The translations under genes and the position numbers were made by a program. Under the pieces are notes generated by a model that saw only the letters and a list, made by a program, of their open reading frames with translations, ran no database searches and was not told where the DNA came from. DNA of 63,520 nt, filler included, from Atractiella rhizophila (lineage: Eukaryota): the NCBI GenBank assembly GCA_021432655.1. It is 8 parts of 7 records of this genome, joined end to end, with 100 filler letters (N's around TTAATTAATTAA, not from the genome) between each part and the next. Parts side by side here need not be neighbours in the genome. Positions count along the whole stretch, not along the records: positions 25,125 to 38,793 come from MU271975.1; positions 38,894 to 47,863 come from MU271976.1; 6 more parts are not named here. One strand, given 5' to 3'. This document shows, in pieces, positions 26,745 through 39,795 of the stretch. Positions within the stretch are counted from its first letter, which is position 1, and each line of letters opens with the position of its first letter.

Positions 26745-27130
26745 ATCGTGAAATGTACATACCACGTCATTGTAAACGATTGTTACTTCATTAACTTCGA
26801 GCTGTAGATGTGCAGGTAGCCTAGTAACTATAGTCTAGCCCCATTACTCGACAACATTCGCACTGACTATCACGAATTGTCGCAGCTTGATCTGGTCAAG
26901 AAGCCGCCATTGGACGAAAACGCTAGATGTACTTCGCAGCGATTGAGTCTCCATGACCTGACGCTTCTTAGGTAGCTATAAAGCTTCAGCTATTCAGATC
27001 CAGAAGGCGCAAGCGTTTCTCTTCAGAAATTTGCTAGTACAGCAGTGTCGCAGCTCGGGAAAGAAGCGGGAAGTGACTCTCCTTGATCAATATTTGTTTA
27101 CATTGTTCACAATCGGTACATCGTCACTAG

Positions 27131-28656
27131 CTACTGAAAATATTTAGCTGCAGCTGGCCTACAGATATCCCAAGCCTGATCTAACGCCTTCACTACATCA
27201 TCGGGCAGGGGTCCCTTCTCCAAATCCTTGAGATTCTGTTCAATGTGTTTGGTGGAGGAAGCGCCGATGATCACCGCATCACCATGTTCTCTCTTCATCA
27301 GCGAATGGTGGCTGACCCAACGGAGCGCCGTCTCTGGCATTGTGAGGCCATGTCTCGAAATGACGGGTTCTATAACCTGCAGAGCTTTGAAGTATGTCTC
27401 GTTCCAATACCTTGCCCGGTACAAGCCGCCTTGTCTGGTCTGTGTGCTAAATCGACCACTGGTTGGTGCATCTGATAGCTTGTAGGCACCGGAGAAAAAG
27501 CCGCCTGCCACTAAAACGGACGGAGGTGAGCAGTATGCACGAGGTACAGCGAAAGAGGGGAACCTACAAGGATTGAACTCGTAGAATTGGATATTGAACT
27601 TCCTCTGTTCTCCACCTTAGTTGGTTCAACGGGAGGTAAAGGAGAACTAACAAGGCAGGGGAACAATTCAGGTTCCACAAGCCTCTGGAGTACGTTGTAA
27701 ATTCCCTTCAGACAGGAGCTCAGATTCCATTATTCTAAACAGGCGGGTGGAAGTACGAACCTGATAAGCCGTTGGCTTAACCCATCCATTCCTCTCGCAG
27801 ATACCGACCATCTCTGCTACCTCCCATGCCATGTAGTTCGACACTCCAAACCTGTTGAACTTTCCCTGTTTATGCAATTCATTGATCGCTCCTAATGTCT
27901 CCTCAAACGGCGTGCTACGATCCGGAGCATCTGGAGGAAACGATCCCATTCAGCTTCACAAATGAGAGAGGAAGATGAAGGAAAGACGGACGCAGATAGA
28001 ACATCTCGATCTTGTCCGCTTGCAAGGCAGTCAGCGATTCCTCAAAATATTTCCTGATGCTTGATGCACTGTGGTCTATAGGCTTCATGGGCCACAGCTA
28101 AGCAAAATCCTGGTCATCAGTCAAGGATTGTGAAATAGGGAAAGCCATGCCTTCGTTTCCATCACCAAACCACGCTTCTGCCATCCGATCTTGCCCAAGT
28201 ATTCCTCTGCCAAAATCATCGCATTAGTCGCATATTGATCAAGAGGAGGAGAAGGACAAACCGGATGTCCCTCCACAATATCTGTCGTTAAAACAAGCAA
28301 GTAAGTACAAGGACTTAAAATCTGATGGCCGCTCTTACACTCGCGCGGTATCCACTTCCCTGAGCATAGTGCCATCACAATTAATACGCGACGATAGATT
28401 AGCAAAAGACAGACGTGTGCCCAAATGACTGAAAGATGTCGAGAATGTTTTCGACTTCTTTCAGATCATGCACTCTTGCTTGCTCCCTCCCTTCCTCCCC
28501 GAACGTCATCTTGTTGCATTTATCAGCGCATGCTCGATATTTTAAAGAAAGCTGAGGAGGCCTACGGCGCCCTGTCGAATGTCAAGTTAGCTAGTGACAG
28601 AAAGTATAGCCGAAACATACCATCACAACTTTAAGCTCCGTCTTTGGTTGCACCAT
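27131..28656 (-). CDS. Aldo-keto reductase AKR7 (aflatoxin B1 aldehyde reductase-like) copy B, complete; multi-exon
   Basis: GAMTFG; EVDTARVY; FYLHAPDRSTPFEETL; FGVSNYMAWEVAE; YQGIYN; NPLAGGFFSG; ALRWVSHHS; LEKGPLPDDVVKALDQAW. Confidence 0.93.
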
Positions 28657-28759
28657 TTCACTTGATGTTACTTCCGAAAATTTCCTCAAAGTGATGAAGT
28701 GTCGATGTTGGTGCAACTCTGCGGGTCGCCCCTAGCTTTTATAGAGGAAGTCAATTGCA

Positions 28760-28783
28760 CAAGTGGAGGGCAACCTCCACTTG
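28760..28783. promoter_or_regulatory. Inverted repeat CAAGTGGAGG-N4-CCTCCACTTG just upstream of the TATA box of AKR7 copy B
   Basis: Perfect 10-bp arms; TATAAAAG on the minus strand at ~28735-28743. Confidence 0.55.
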
Positions 28784-29868
28784 CGGCAGGTCACGACGGC
28801 GACCTGAATCGGGAGCAGGTGGATCAAGTGAGCTCCCGGTGGATGTAATCGTATTAAGTAGAGCAAGTCAATGATAAGATGTCCACGTCTATAGAAGTAA
28901 AAATAAGTTAAGCGTTGATTTTGTTAGTCGACTGAATAAGTGTGGGCCATTGTGGTATAAGTATGTGTTCATTCTGGATGGAAACTACGACGGACATCAT
29001 CAAGACTTATTGAAGGGCTCTGGCGGTTCAAAGATAGCTTGCGGTGGCACCATTGAGTTTGAGGTCATTTGATGACGGTTGTTTCGTGAAATGATCGGCG
29101 TTTGATTCAGCAAGACCAAAAGCTGGATTACATTGAAGAAATATATGACAGTTGGTCCATGACATGAAGCGGATTGATTTGGCAGAAATACTTCCGATAC
29201 GGACGTGAGCTGATAGCATGACTACGCTCGAAAAGGTTTTGACGGTTGGTCTTTCACAGAAGAAGCGCCATTAGGTGTTCAGCTTTATCGTAGACGAGCT
29301 AGATAGGAATCAGGAATCAGAACTCCATCTCTCTTTGCTGACGCTAACACTTGCGATCCTACCTCTAATTTTTTACCTGCCCGCTCTGTGCGCATATCAA
29401 CTCAAGCGAGAGCAAACTTGCCTCTCCCCTGTGAAAGGACGAAGCTTTCAAGTTGATCTTGTACAACTTAGATAAACAATGGCGTAAAAAGGGTAGAAAC
29501 GAGACGGACAAAGCAGCACACCGGGTGACTATCCTAGTACTGGAATGTTGGTCTATTGCAACGTTGGGAGAGCCGTTGAAGGCTCCGACAGGAAGAGCTG
29601 TTGCACCACCCGCTCTAGAGCATCAGAAATCCAAGAAAAATTGCAACACTACTGTCGTAGATTCTGAGGAGCTAGGAACTGAGCAATACAATGGGTCAGG
29701 GTAGAAGACACCAGTTGACAACATTCAGTAAATCAGCCATTATTATGGGATTGCATTCTAGTTCTGACAGCAAGAACTGATTACCATTCCGATCGGACTC
29801 CTCGCCACCAACCTCATCAAGTTTAACCAGCATAACTTGACGAAGAACTCGGGACCTTTTCCGTTATA

Positions 29869-32425
29869 ATGGGACACCGCGACCGCCACGATGAACGTTC
29901 TTCTCGCCGTGACGAGCGCTCCTCACGCCACGACGATCGTGGCAGCTCCTCGCGCAAACGACAGCGCTCACGGTCACCAACGCCAGAGCGTCTGAAGAAG
30001 TATTCCGGGACAGACAACCCGTTCAATGATTTGAATCTGGATCAGAAGTTTGTTTGGGGGAAGAAGAGGGAGAAAGAGAAGAAGGAGGGATATAGCAAGA
30101 AGGAGGGGAGGAGGAGAGAGAGCGAGAGGAGACGTGAGAATCAGGTATGTTGCTTTCTATTGTACGGTTGGCTGTAATGCTGTTGCAATTGTTTACTCGA
30201 GTCTAACTTTGATGGACTGTTCTCACTGCTCAGCAACATGCGCTTTGCATTCGAGCTGATAAAGAGTGACCATTTCAAGGCAACGACAAGCTTGACCACC
30301 TTGAAAGGGTAGCAGTCTACGCTACTGCCTTGTTGCTGCAGCTACCTTCCACCCGCACTAATTAGTTTATTGCCCGTTCAACCTATCCATGGCGAATGTG
30401 CTTGCGGATTCTTTGAGTTGTCACTTCACAAATCGAAACAGGTGCCTAGCAAGCTTGCTATATTAGCCATGTTGACTCTCTTCGTGTACAAGCATTGAGT
30501 AATGTGTCGTCACTACCTCCATGATTATGCTCGCACACAATGTTTCCCTCATTTCAACATGGAATAACGAATACTGACATATACCTCAATACAGGAAGAA
30601 CTAGCACGTCTAGCCCAACGACGAGAGGAGCGTGAGGCGGCCGCTGCCGCTGCGGAAGAAGAATCGATGCGGATGGCAGCTTTAGCGGAATCAGCACTAG
30701 TGGAGGAGTGGCTGAACAAAGAGGACGATTTCCATCTGGAGCAGTCAAGGAAACGAGCAGAGATTCGGGTCAGGGATAACAGGGCTCAACCGATCGACTT
30801 GCTCGCGCTCAATCTGAAGTGGAGCCTGCCGAGGGGAGAGTGGGCGAAGGGGACGAGGATCGAGGAAGAGGAAGAGGATGGTGGGATGGGACTTGATGTC
30901 GAGTTGGATGAACCGTATGAAATCTTTAATGTACTTCTCCCCTTCTTTCTATTGACAGTTGAAAGATAGACTAATGTTGCTCTAGAATTTGTCTCTCGAT
31001 GAGGTCATTCAGTTGCACGAGGATATCAAGATGTACCTCTCCCTCGAAAAACATCAATCGTGCATCGATTTCTGGACCGCCCTCCTCGTTGTTTCAAACT
31101 CTTCTCTGCAACGTCTTAACAAGGAACGGACGATGACTGCTCGCCAAAGGGGAGAGAACGAGGAGACCAAGAGCCGAATTGATGCTCTGTTAGCTGGGAA
31201 AACCTATGAACAACTAGTGGCATTGCAGGGCAGCGTAGACAAGAAGCTCGCAAGCGGAGAGGTCATCGATGCTGATTATTGGGAGTCCTTAAAAGACGAG
31301 CTGCGAGTGTGGATCGCCAAAGTAAGTTTTGGTTCATGACAATATCATCCCGCCTGTCTCACCACTTTATTGCAGGCTAAGCTTAGGGATATGCATGAGG
31401 TGGTTCTCAAGAATCGTCTGGAGCAGTTACGCAAACGACAACGCGACGACGCACTCAAAGTTCAGGCGGAATTAGCGGCCGCAGCGGCGAATAAGGATGT
31501 GAATATGGGAGAAGATGAAAAGTTGAGCGCGCCGAATGCTTCTGCCTCTGGAAGGAGAACGGAGGAAGAGCGGGAACCGTGGACGGAGGATATGATGCCT
31601 CGATTGTGGAGTCGGAAAGAGGTCGAGGATTGGAGAGACGTGGAGATCGTGGATGAAGCTCAGGAGAGAGAGAAACTCGTACGGCCTTTCCTCCATCCTC
31701 AGTCTTAAAATTCTGATCTTATTGTCTTTTAGTATGCTCAACGACGCCAGGTCACTAAGACACGCTTCGTGCCGATGAAGAACAAACCCAAGTCTGCGTA
31801 CGAACTCGCAACGGAGAGGATGCATGACAAGGAGCTGGAGGCGGAAGCGATGTATGCTGCTGAGGTCGCGAGAGGCCTGGATGAGGAAGAAGAGGTTTTC
31901 AATGCTGAAGAGGAGATTCGAGGACAAGTTTACAGTTGGGAAGACAAGTACAGACCGAGGAAACCCAAGTATTTCAACAAAGTCCAGACTGGATACGACT
32001 GGAGTACGTTTACCTGCTCACTTTGCCATTGGGGAAGTTGCTAACGTTGCGTTGTAGATAAATACAACCAAACTCATTATGACACGGACAATCCACCTCC
32101 CAAGGTCGTCCAGGGCTACAAATTCTCCATCTTCTACCCTGACCTCATCGATAAGAGGAAAGCACCAACCTACAAAACAATCAAAGAAAAGGTTAGCATT
32201 TTATATTCTTTTCTCATTAAATATGGTAGAATTGACAACCGGATGCAGGGAAACGACGACACTTGTATTCTACTCTTCCAAGCCGGACCGCCATATGAAG
32301 ACATCGCCTTTAGGATCGTCAATAGAGAGTGGGCATTGGGGAAGAAGAGCGGCTTTAGGAGTTCATTTGACAGGGGAGTGCTACAGTTGCATATCAATTT
32401 CAAGAGACACTTTTATAGGAAGTAA
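29869..32425 (+). CDS. CACTIN: Cactin (spliceosome-associated factor); multi-exon
   Basis: YSGTDNPFNDLNLDQKFVWGKK; EDDFHLEQSRKRAEIRVRDNRAQPID; WEDKYRPRKPKYFNKVQTGYDW; NPPPKVVQGYKF; GPPYEDIAFRIVNREW; FKRHFYRK-stop. Confidence 0.96.
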
Positions 32426-32692
32426 TGGAATCCGGGTTTTGTTCTCCCATCTCCCAAAACTTTGCATTCGCATAGTGCTCAGATTTGCGGCATAGCAATT
32501 TGAAAACGTGTAAGCTCAAGAGCTGAGGGTGATGGTGGTGAGGGACTGAAGGTTCTCTTGTGCTCGATGCACTGAAAAAGAATTCTGCAGTGAAGGTATT
32601 ACTTTTCTAATTGCGATTGGTAGACAAACAATGTCGTGAACAGGGACGCTCGGGTCGAGCTCCCAACGCAGATGATTTTATAAACAAATCCT

Positions 32693-35215
32693 TTACATGA
32701 TCCAATCCCATACTCTTGCCAAAAAGCCTTGTGGAGGCTGATATTTGGCATCTTCTTCCTCCTGCATTGCATCAAGCTCCCGTCGTCTATCGCACAGCTC
32801 GTGAGCACAATATGAAGAAAGTGATGGTGAAACGAAACGTACCCAGTGTCGAAGTCCATGTCTTCAATCCTGACGAACCTTGTCTTCCATCCGAATTTGT
32901 AGCCGACCCATAGAACGGCGAAGATAGGCAGGGAGAGATAAGCGGCCACGAAACTCGCAGTGCTCCAATTACCATGGAGGAAGATCTATCAAACTGATGA
33001 GACTAGTCGTCGACTACAGTAAGAGAACAAACCTGGAAGCCGTTGGTGATTGTCACGACGGTGACGAAGAAGCTGTTAAACGCGGTTAAAACCTGCTGGT
33101 AGATAAAGATGCTTAAGAGATAACTTACGTTCCGAAATATGCAGCGTAGGGCATGAAAGGAGCCTTGTAGGGGAAGTCATCACGATTCAATCCGTGATAT
33201 TTGATGCCTTGGTAGAACCTGATGTAGGTGATGAGAATGCACCACCAAGTGATCAATCCAGTAATAGCAGAGATGTTGTCTAGACCCCTTTTCAGTGATG
33301 CGACCTTGACAATGTAATCCCACATACAGAACCAATTAAAGACAGTAGCTCCGTTGTTGCTGACGTTCAAGTATGCAAGTGGTCCAAATAATGCCGTTGC
33401 AATGAGACAGTAAAGCGGGACACCTCCCTTTGTGCAGTACTTAAAGAACGAAGGTGCGAGACCAGATGTAGCCTGAATCAAGTTCTTATCAGCAACGGGG
33501 CAACAGTTTATCTATGAACATACCAGACCGTAAAGAGTACGCGAAGAGGCGTATAAATCACTGTTTCCGGCGGACCACGCACTAGCACTCCATGAGCCAG
33601 AGTCAGCCAGTGGGGATGACGATAGCTACCTGATGAGGATGACTGCATTGATCAAAGAGGGAAGTCCACTGATTCCGGCGTTTGAGATAGCAATAACCTA
33701 CGCGGTTCTCAGCATGGGAACATTGAAGCCACGGAGAACATACGAAAGGAGAGGCGGAGGCATCAGAAGCGCCGTTCAAGAGTCGCGGTTCGTTTGAGGG
33801 AACGAGCCATCCAATGATGAAGACACCAAGAACCTTTCGCGATGTCAGGAGCGAACGCTTAGATCTTTACAACGTACGTAGAAGAGAAGGATACGCCAGA
33901 ACACCCTCCTGATGGCCTTGGGAACATTCCTTCGAGGGTTGGCGGCTTCACCAGCGGTGAGGGCGACGATTTCGGTTCCAAGGAAGGAGAATGCGGCTTG
34001 CGTAAAGACAGACCAGAAGCCTACGATCATTGTGAGGACTTCTCAAACAAGCAGTAGGAGGACGAACTGAGGAAGCGGCCCCATGAGCCCGGAATGCCGT
34101 TGAGTTGGACAAATGGTCCCTAGAGGATATGAGTTTGCTTTCACCATGACAATTAGGCACAAACAGGGTCTTTCCAATAGCGGAAACCGATCCTATCGTG
34201 ATTGGGTCCTCCACCCAAGTCAAGGATGAGACCAAGGAGGATCAATCCGACAATGGTGACGACTTTGGTGAGGGAGAACCAGAATTCAGCCTCGCCGTAC
34301 CAGCGTACGCCGAGGAAGTTAAACCTTTGAGGATATATGAGCATTTCTTCGTCAACAATGCCTCAAGACTTACCCTAGACAAGCGACGAAGAAGATAGTA
34401 ATCCAAACACCAACGTTAATTGAGCTATTCCAGTATCCGATGACAATGGCAGCGGCTGTCATTTCCGTGGGGAGAGTAATGGCGTAGGAGTACCCTTTAG
34501 ACCCATGTCCTTATTAGACGCAAACGTGACAGAGGGGTTCAGGGAAGGACTCACAGTAATTGTATCCCAAGGCAACACCAAGGGCAGGGTCGAAAAATCG
34601 GGAAGCATAGTGGACGAACCCTCCGGCGACGGGATACCTATTTGTCAGAGTCAGCAGGCTTGCCGATGAACTGTGACAAAGTGACAAAACTGACATGGCA
34701 GCCATCTCTCCCAGCGCGGTCATGATGGTGTAGACGACTCCTCCGAAGATCAAATATCCAAGGAAGAGACCGACGGGTCCACCAGAAGCGAGTGCACCAC
34801 CTTTGGAAACCAGCACCCATCAACAACCCCTTTCTCTCCCAAGAGATGCCACATACCGCTACCGACGAAGAGACCTGGGAAAAAGATCAGCGTTATCTTC
34901 TCGGATTTTGGCAAAACTCGCTCACCAGTTCCAATGCAACCACCAATGGCGATCTTTATGTGACACTCAGTACGGCTTTTCTCCAATATTGAACCTGTCG
35001 ATCACGCACCATTTGTAAGTGGCGAGCCTTCAATTTTCTTTGAATCGTCGGCTCTTCCTGAAGACGCACGAGGGTCAATCGGCAGTCCCAACGCTCAATG
35101 AGAGGATACCCACAGGTGCATAGTCCATCCCACCAGCCACGACTTTGGTGGTGTGGACATCGACCTTCTCGCCACTCGACTTCTCCAGGTCGCTATGATT
35201 ATCGTTCGAAGCCAT
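32693..35215 (-). CDS. Amino acid permease (APC superfamily, yeast YAT/Dip5-like); many exons
   Basis: LKARHLQMIAIGGCIGTGLFVGSG; GPVGLFLGY; GVRWYGEAEFWFS; DRIGFRYW; AAFSFLGTEIVALTAGEAANPRRNVPKAI; DDFPYKAP. Confidence 0.95.
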
Positions 35216-37259
35216 ATTTCGTTTTGGTACTACCGAAAGAGAGTAAGGATTGACTGGGGCAGATGGGAGCCCGTGAGACAGGGAGATGGTGGGAGGCACT
35301 CACACGAGCAATGGGGTTATAAGCTGGGGTACCGCCTGTCGTTTGCAATCGCAGTGGATAGGACTGGAGGGGACAAAAACCATGCGATAAAGCAACGGAT
35401 AGCTTTAAAAAGGCCGCGATTGGCAACTCGTCACACGAGATTAGCCTCTAAAAATAGGCCCGGTGCCAACCTCGCAGCCTTCCAAGTGCCTATTTAACGG
35501 CATCCAGCTCATGGTCTTTGCCAAGAAGTTGATTGATTGTCTTGAGTTCACGAGGAATGTTCCACGGTGTCTCTTGCAACATCTTCAAGTTTATTCTCAA
35601 GTTGATTGCTTCTTCGGCAAGACGAGATGAATCAATGAGTCATGTTGGCTGGAACTCTGCTCATCAATTTCGGTCCAGCGCACCAGCTCCACCGCAGATT
35701 GATATCGAAGCTCAGATCTTCCGCACATCTGCGTATCGAAGTCGGGTGCATCAGGAGGAATTATGAACCCTCTGCAATTCACCTTCGAGTGTTTTGCAAT
35801 ACTGATCGTTCCAGGAGTTATGAGTCCCGCAGAAGGTCCCCTCACGGTCCTCACACTGATCATCTGCTTCATACAAAAAGTCGAGAGAAGGAAAAGCGAT
35901 GCTGTATAATAAATGACATGCATTAAGGGCACGTCGAGCTGCGCTGAGGGGGAACAGGATCAGTTCATTCGTTAACGGACTAGGTTGGCAACTGTCCCGT
36001 AGTACAGCGCTAAGTGTACAGCGCTAAGCCCCAATCCTCAATGCCAGCATCGTTAATAAAGCAAATTGAAACAAAGCACTTGTCCTGGCACAATCCTACA
36101 GAAAGAGAATCGACTTCGAGCTGCAGTACCGTCATAATATGGAGCTAAGACATTACATTCTAGTTCGCTGCAATCGCCTCAAATCATACAAGGAGATATT
36201 TCAATGAGGAGACCCACCCAGCAAATGGGAAATGCGTACAAAGTTCACATTCCTGCTGCATGCCTTATCGCACGCATCCAATCCTCCACACGCCACCTCG
36301 ACAGCCCCAAGAATTTACTGTTCCACCGACAGCTCTATTTCCATGACGACTCAAAAAAATCTCGCAATGCTATGCCTGGCTACGCAATTGTCTACCGAAG
36401 CCATATCAGAATACAGACGATCCATGGTGTGAAAGTGTCACGTGATCGGATTCTTTGATTTGGAATGTGGACCAAAATAAGGGAATTGAAGACCACAACT
36501 TGCTGCTTCGCAGATTTGCTTAACATACTGGCGAGAACGTAGGAGGGGAGGTATTCCGGAATGGGAATTAAGAATAAACCAAAAGAAAGTCAAGGATTCG
36601 AAATTCTGAAGGTTGGCGGAGGTGCGTACTTTTGGTTCATTGGATGGGGTGCTATTAGCCTTTGCCTCGATGAGAAACAGAGGCAGAGAGCAAATTCTCC
36701 TCATTTATTCTCTGTCTGAGCCAGTTGGCAACTTTGAGTAATGGCCCTCTGCTCAGAATGTAAAACCAGGATTGTTCATGGACGGTTGACAGTCTCCATC
36801 ATATGCATATTATGTGACCCGTCTTAGGCTTTAGAGCTATATATTCTCTCTCGCCTTCACTAATATGCCATTTTTGGCTTGCCCTGCAACTATTTTGTGC
36901 TTTCTCGCTCTCCATCAGACTAGCCGTCGATTTGATACCCTCTTCCGCGTCGTTCAACGGCTCTTTCATTCTCTCGCCCTCATTCTACACAAAGAGGAGG
37001 CGTTCAGGTGTGGGAGTTCAGTGCATCCATCAATATCTCGCTTTACAGTACGCTCCACTACAGAACTCAAACCAATGCTGTTTAACAGGAGTGTATAGTT
37101 TTCTATCATTCAATACTGATATGCAAGTTTTTTCAGAGTATTCAAAGCGAAACTTGCTCTCGCAGAATTTGCTTTGCATGTGCTATTTTTTTATGAAGAC
37201 TTCCCGGTTCTCAGTACAGTGGCACACAACTCACATAACTCACATGGTGCATATTTGCA

Positions 37260-38793
37260 GTGGAATATAACTCTCTAGGACACGATGATCGCTTACTTCT
37301 AGCCTTTGATAAGCAACAGTTTAATTTCCTCCGTCAATGCGAGATTCTTCGATGGGTCGAACCTTCAGGACCCTTACCCGCTCTGGCTATCCCGGACGAG
37401 TTCGTTACATCTCTAAAGACATGCCCCACTGCCCAAATATACGACAAAATGCGATTATTAGCGAAGGCGGTCCTCCTTCCAAAAGTAAAGGAGGATGCCG
37501 ACTGCGTCACAGCCGATGGTTCAAAACCTAGGGCAGGAATGTCCCCAGAGAAAAACGAGGATAACCTGCCTTCTTCTTCTCTAAAAACCCTCGCGTCTAG
37601 TGAGACAGAAGGGGTATCTCAAAGTCAAGCAACACAAGACGAGGACATCTGGGAGTTCTCCGACGCTGACATCCTCCTCGCGGAGGAGGAACTTCTTTCG
37701 AAAGAGACTACTGAAAATGCACCGGAGCTGGAGGATGCCCCCATCGACACCGCAACCCAAAAGCACTTAGACATGATGTTTTCTCAAGCTTACCCGGAGA
37801 TACTCAATGTGGACATGCCCGAAAGCGACGATAGTTTGATGGAGGACATAGTAGCAAGCGAGCTTCCTAAAGAGCGCACTGTTAACTCTCGCAAAGACGA
37901 ACCTTCTCCTCCTCCTCGTTCACCTCCACCTGCATTTCCAGAAGACGGAGTACCGTTAACAGACCGTCCGAGTACGGTAGATATTGCTCATATCAAAACT
38001 CGCATCAACTCTGTGCCTCGAATGTCCTCCCTTGCTCTCAAGAAAATGTACGGAAATCTACCGTTCGATCAATACACTCCAGCCCATGGCCAGCATGAGA
38101 AAGAAGCACTTGAGCACGCGGTCATTCATTTTCGAGGAACCCTTGCTCTCGCTAACGGACAGCTTTCAATCACCCAGCACGCTCCAGTCTCCGACAAAGG
38201 ATATCGATTCAGTTACAAATCTGGATCTGGTCAGTCTACTCTGTCTATCAGCAATCTTTTCATTGGTTTTCAGACAGGTTTTTCCGCATGAGGTTGGACG
38301 CAGAGCTCGAGAAGTTTGTGCAAAGGAACTGTGACACCAAGCCGGCTCGTTTGGACTTTATCCAGGAGTTCCTCGATCGTCCAATCATTTTCAATGGTCG
38401 CATCTTCTCTCCGTTCTCGCTCAAAGACGGCGCGATCAACTATTTTGCCGAACGCAACATACCAAATGAAGTTTGGGGCGTATGTCGCATCAGTAAAAAG
38501 AGCCGAATCGCATTTCTGTCTGATCATATCGATCCAAAAATCAACTGCAAAATGAAGTTCAGCAAGTATCTATCCCGATTCCATTTGGGCTTGTCCCGTA
38601 CCATCCAAACGGTTACATTTTCACGAGACCAGGTTCGGCGAGTCCCAGATGTTTTCGTTTCTAGCCTGCGGATCTCCCCAACCGCGATGAAGCGTCTCGC
38701 TGGCGGGGTAGATCTTAGATACATCCCCAGTATGTCCACATATCCCTTCTTTCATATCTCTATTGTGGGATACTAAAAGAAAGTGTCTGAAGG
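37260..38793 (+). CDS. Eukaryotic RNA-dependent RNA polymerase (RNAi, QDE-1/RdRP-like), N-terminal part; truncated by spacer, start uncertain
   Basis: RFSYKSGS-DRFFRMRL; FLDRPIIFNGRIFSPFSLKDGAINYF; KFSKYLSRFHLGLSRTIQTVTF...VRRVPDV match the N-terminal half of the fungal RdRP domain; catalytic DLDGD lies beyond the gap. Confidence 0.75.
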
Positions 38794-38893
38794 NNNNNNN
38801 NNNNNNNNNNNNNNNNNNNNNNNNNNNNNNNNNNNNNTTAATTAATTAANNNNNNNNNNNNNNNNNNNNNNNNNNNNNNNNNNNNNNNNNNNN

Positions 38894-39507
38894 GAAGCGG
38901 CAGGAACTGGAGCGGGGACTAGAGAGGGAGGTATGGGGTTTGCTTTTGAGGTTGATGCGAGAAAGTTTTGGGATATCCCGGAGGATATAATGGAAGAAGC
39001 GGATGCCTTCTTTTGAAGAGTAGGAAGACGGGAAGATGAGCTCGGGATACGTGAAGCTGGTACGTCTGGTGAAATAATGTCAGCATTACACCAAAGTGTG
39101 GCTCCTTGAAAGAGCTTCAATCTCCTGTTCAAGTGCATCCAAGTATAATAATTCCAGGGAATAGTAGCTCGTGGTAAGGAAGACAGCGCATTGAATGCCA
39201 TCCTTTGCGTCTCTGACTGACTGACTTGGAGAGAACTTGCGTTCCTGCATGATGATACACACAATATAGCATTTCCTCATACTTCAAAGAGAAAGAGGCG
39301 CTGCACCTTCCCCAATATCCTAACACCCATTCCAGAGAAAGCAAACTCACCAATTCCATCGCTCGCTTTGCTTGAAGTGGGTAATCTCTTTCCAAGCCCA
39401 CTTGGAATGCGCGAGACGGTTTTGCTGACAGAAGCGACTAATGTCACATGAGATTCTCGAGACTTTGACCTCGTACGCGACGCTGGCGTCTCCTGTGGTT
39501 GAACCAT
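38894..39507 (-). CDS. Hypothetical protein, 5' exons; truncated by spacer
   Basis: MVQPQETPASRTRSK... open exons leading into a Ser/Pro-rich frame that runs into the gap; no family recognised. Confidence 0.4.
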
Positions 39508-39795
39508 CGTTGTTGTTGCTCCTTCAAGCACAAGCAGCACTGTGCCTAAAAAATGTGCACGTGATTTGATCTCAGCACCGACATATCATATCGTGTTTTT
39601 TCTTTTCTGTATCTTTTGAGTCTGCTGGCTGTTCTGCTTCAGTTTCACGTCAGCTTGTTTCGCCACCCACTTGGTCATCATCATCACCAGGCCAACATTC
39701 ACTACGTCTCTAAATGGGAACTCAGGCGAGCACTTGTCGCGGCGTCTCGTTAATGACAGACAGATTACATTTCCACACAACAAACAAGTACATAT

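Noticed and set aside
22739..28656. SDR plus AKR7 copies as a secondary-metabolite or detox gene cluster
   Set aside because: An artificial spacer separates them and no backbone enzyme or regulator is present.
36000..36028. Short tandem repeat GTACAGCGCTAAG x2 upstream of the permease
   Set aside because: Only two copies; consistent with a local slippage duplication, not an array.
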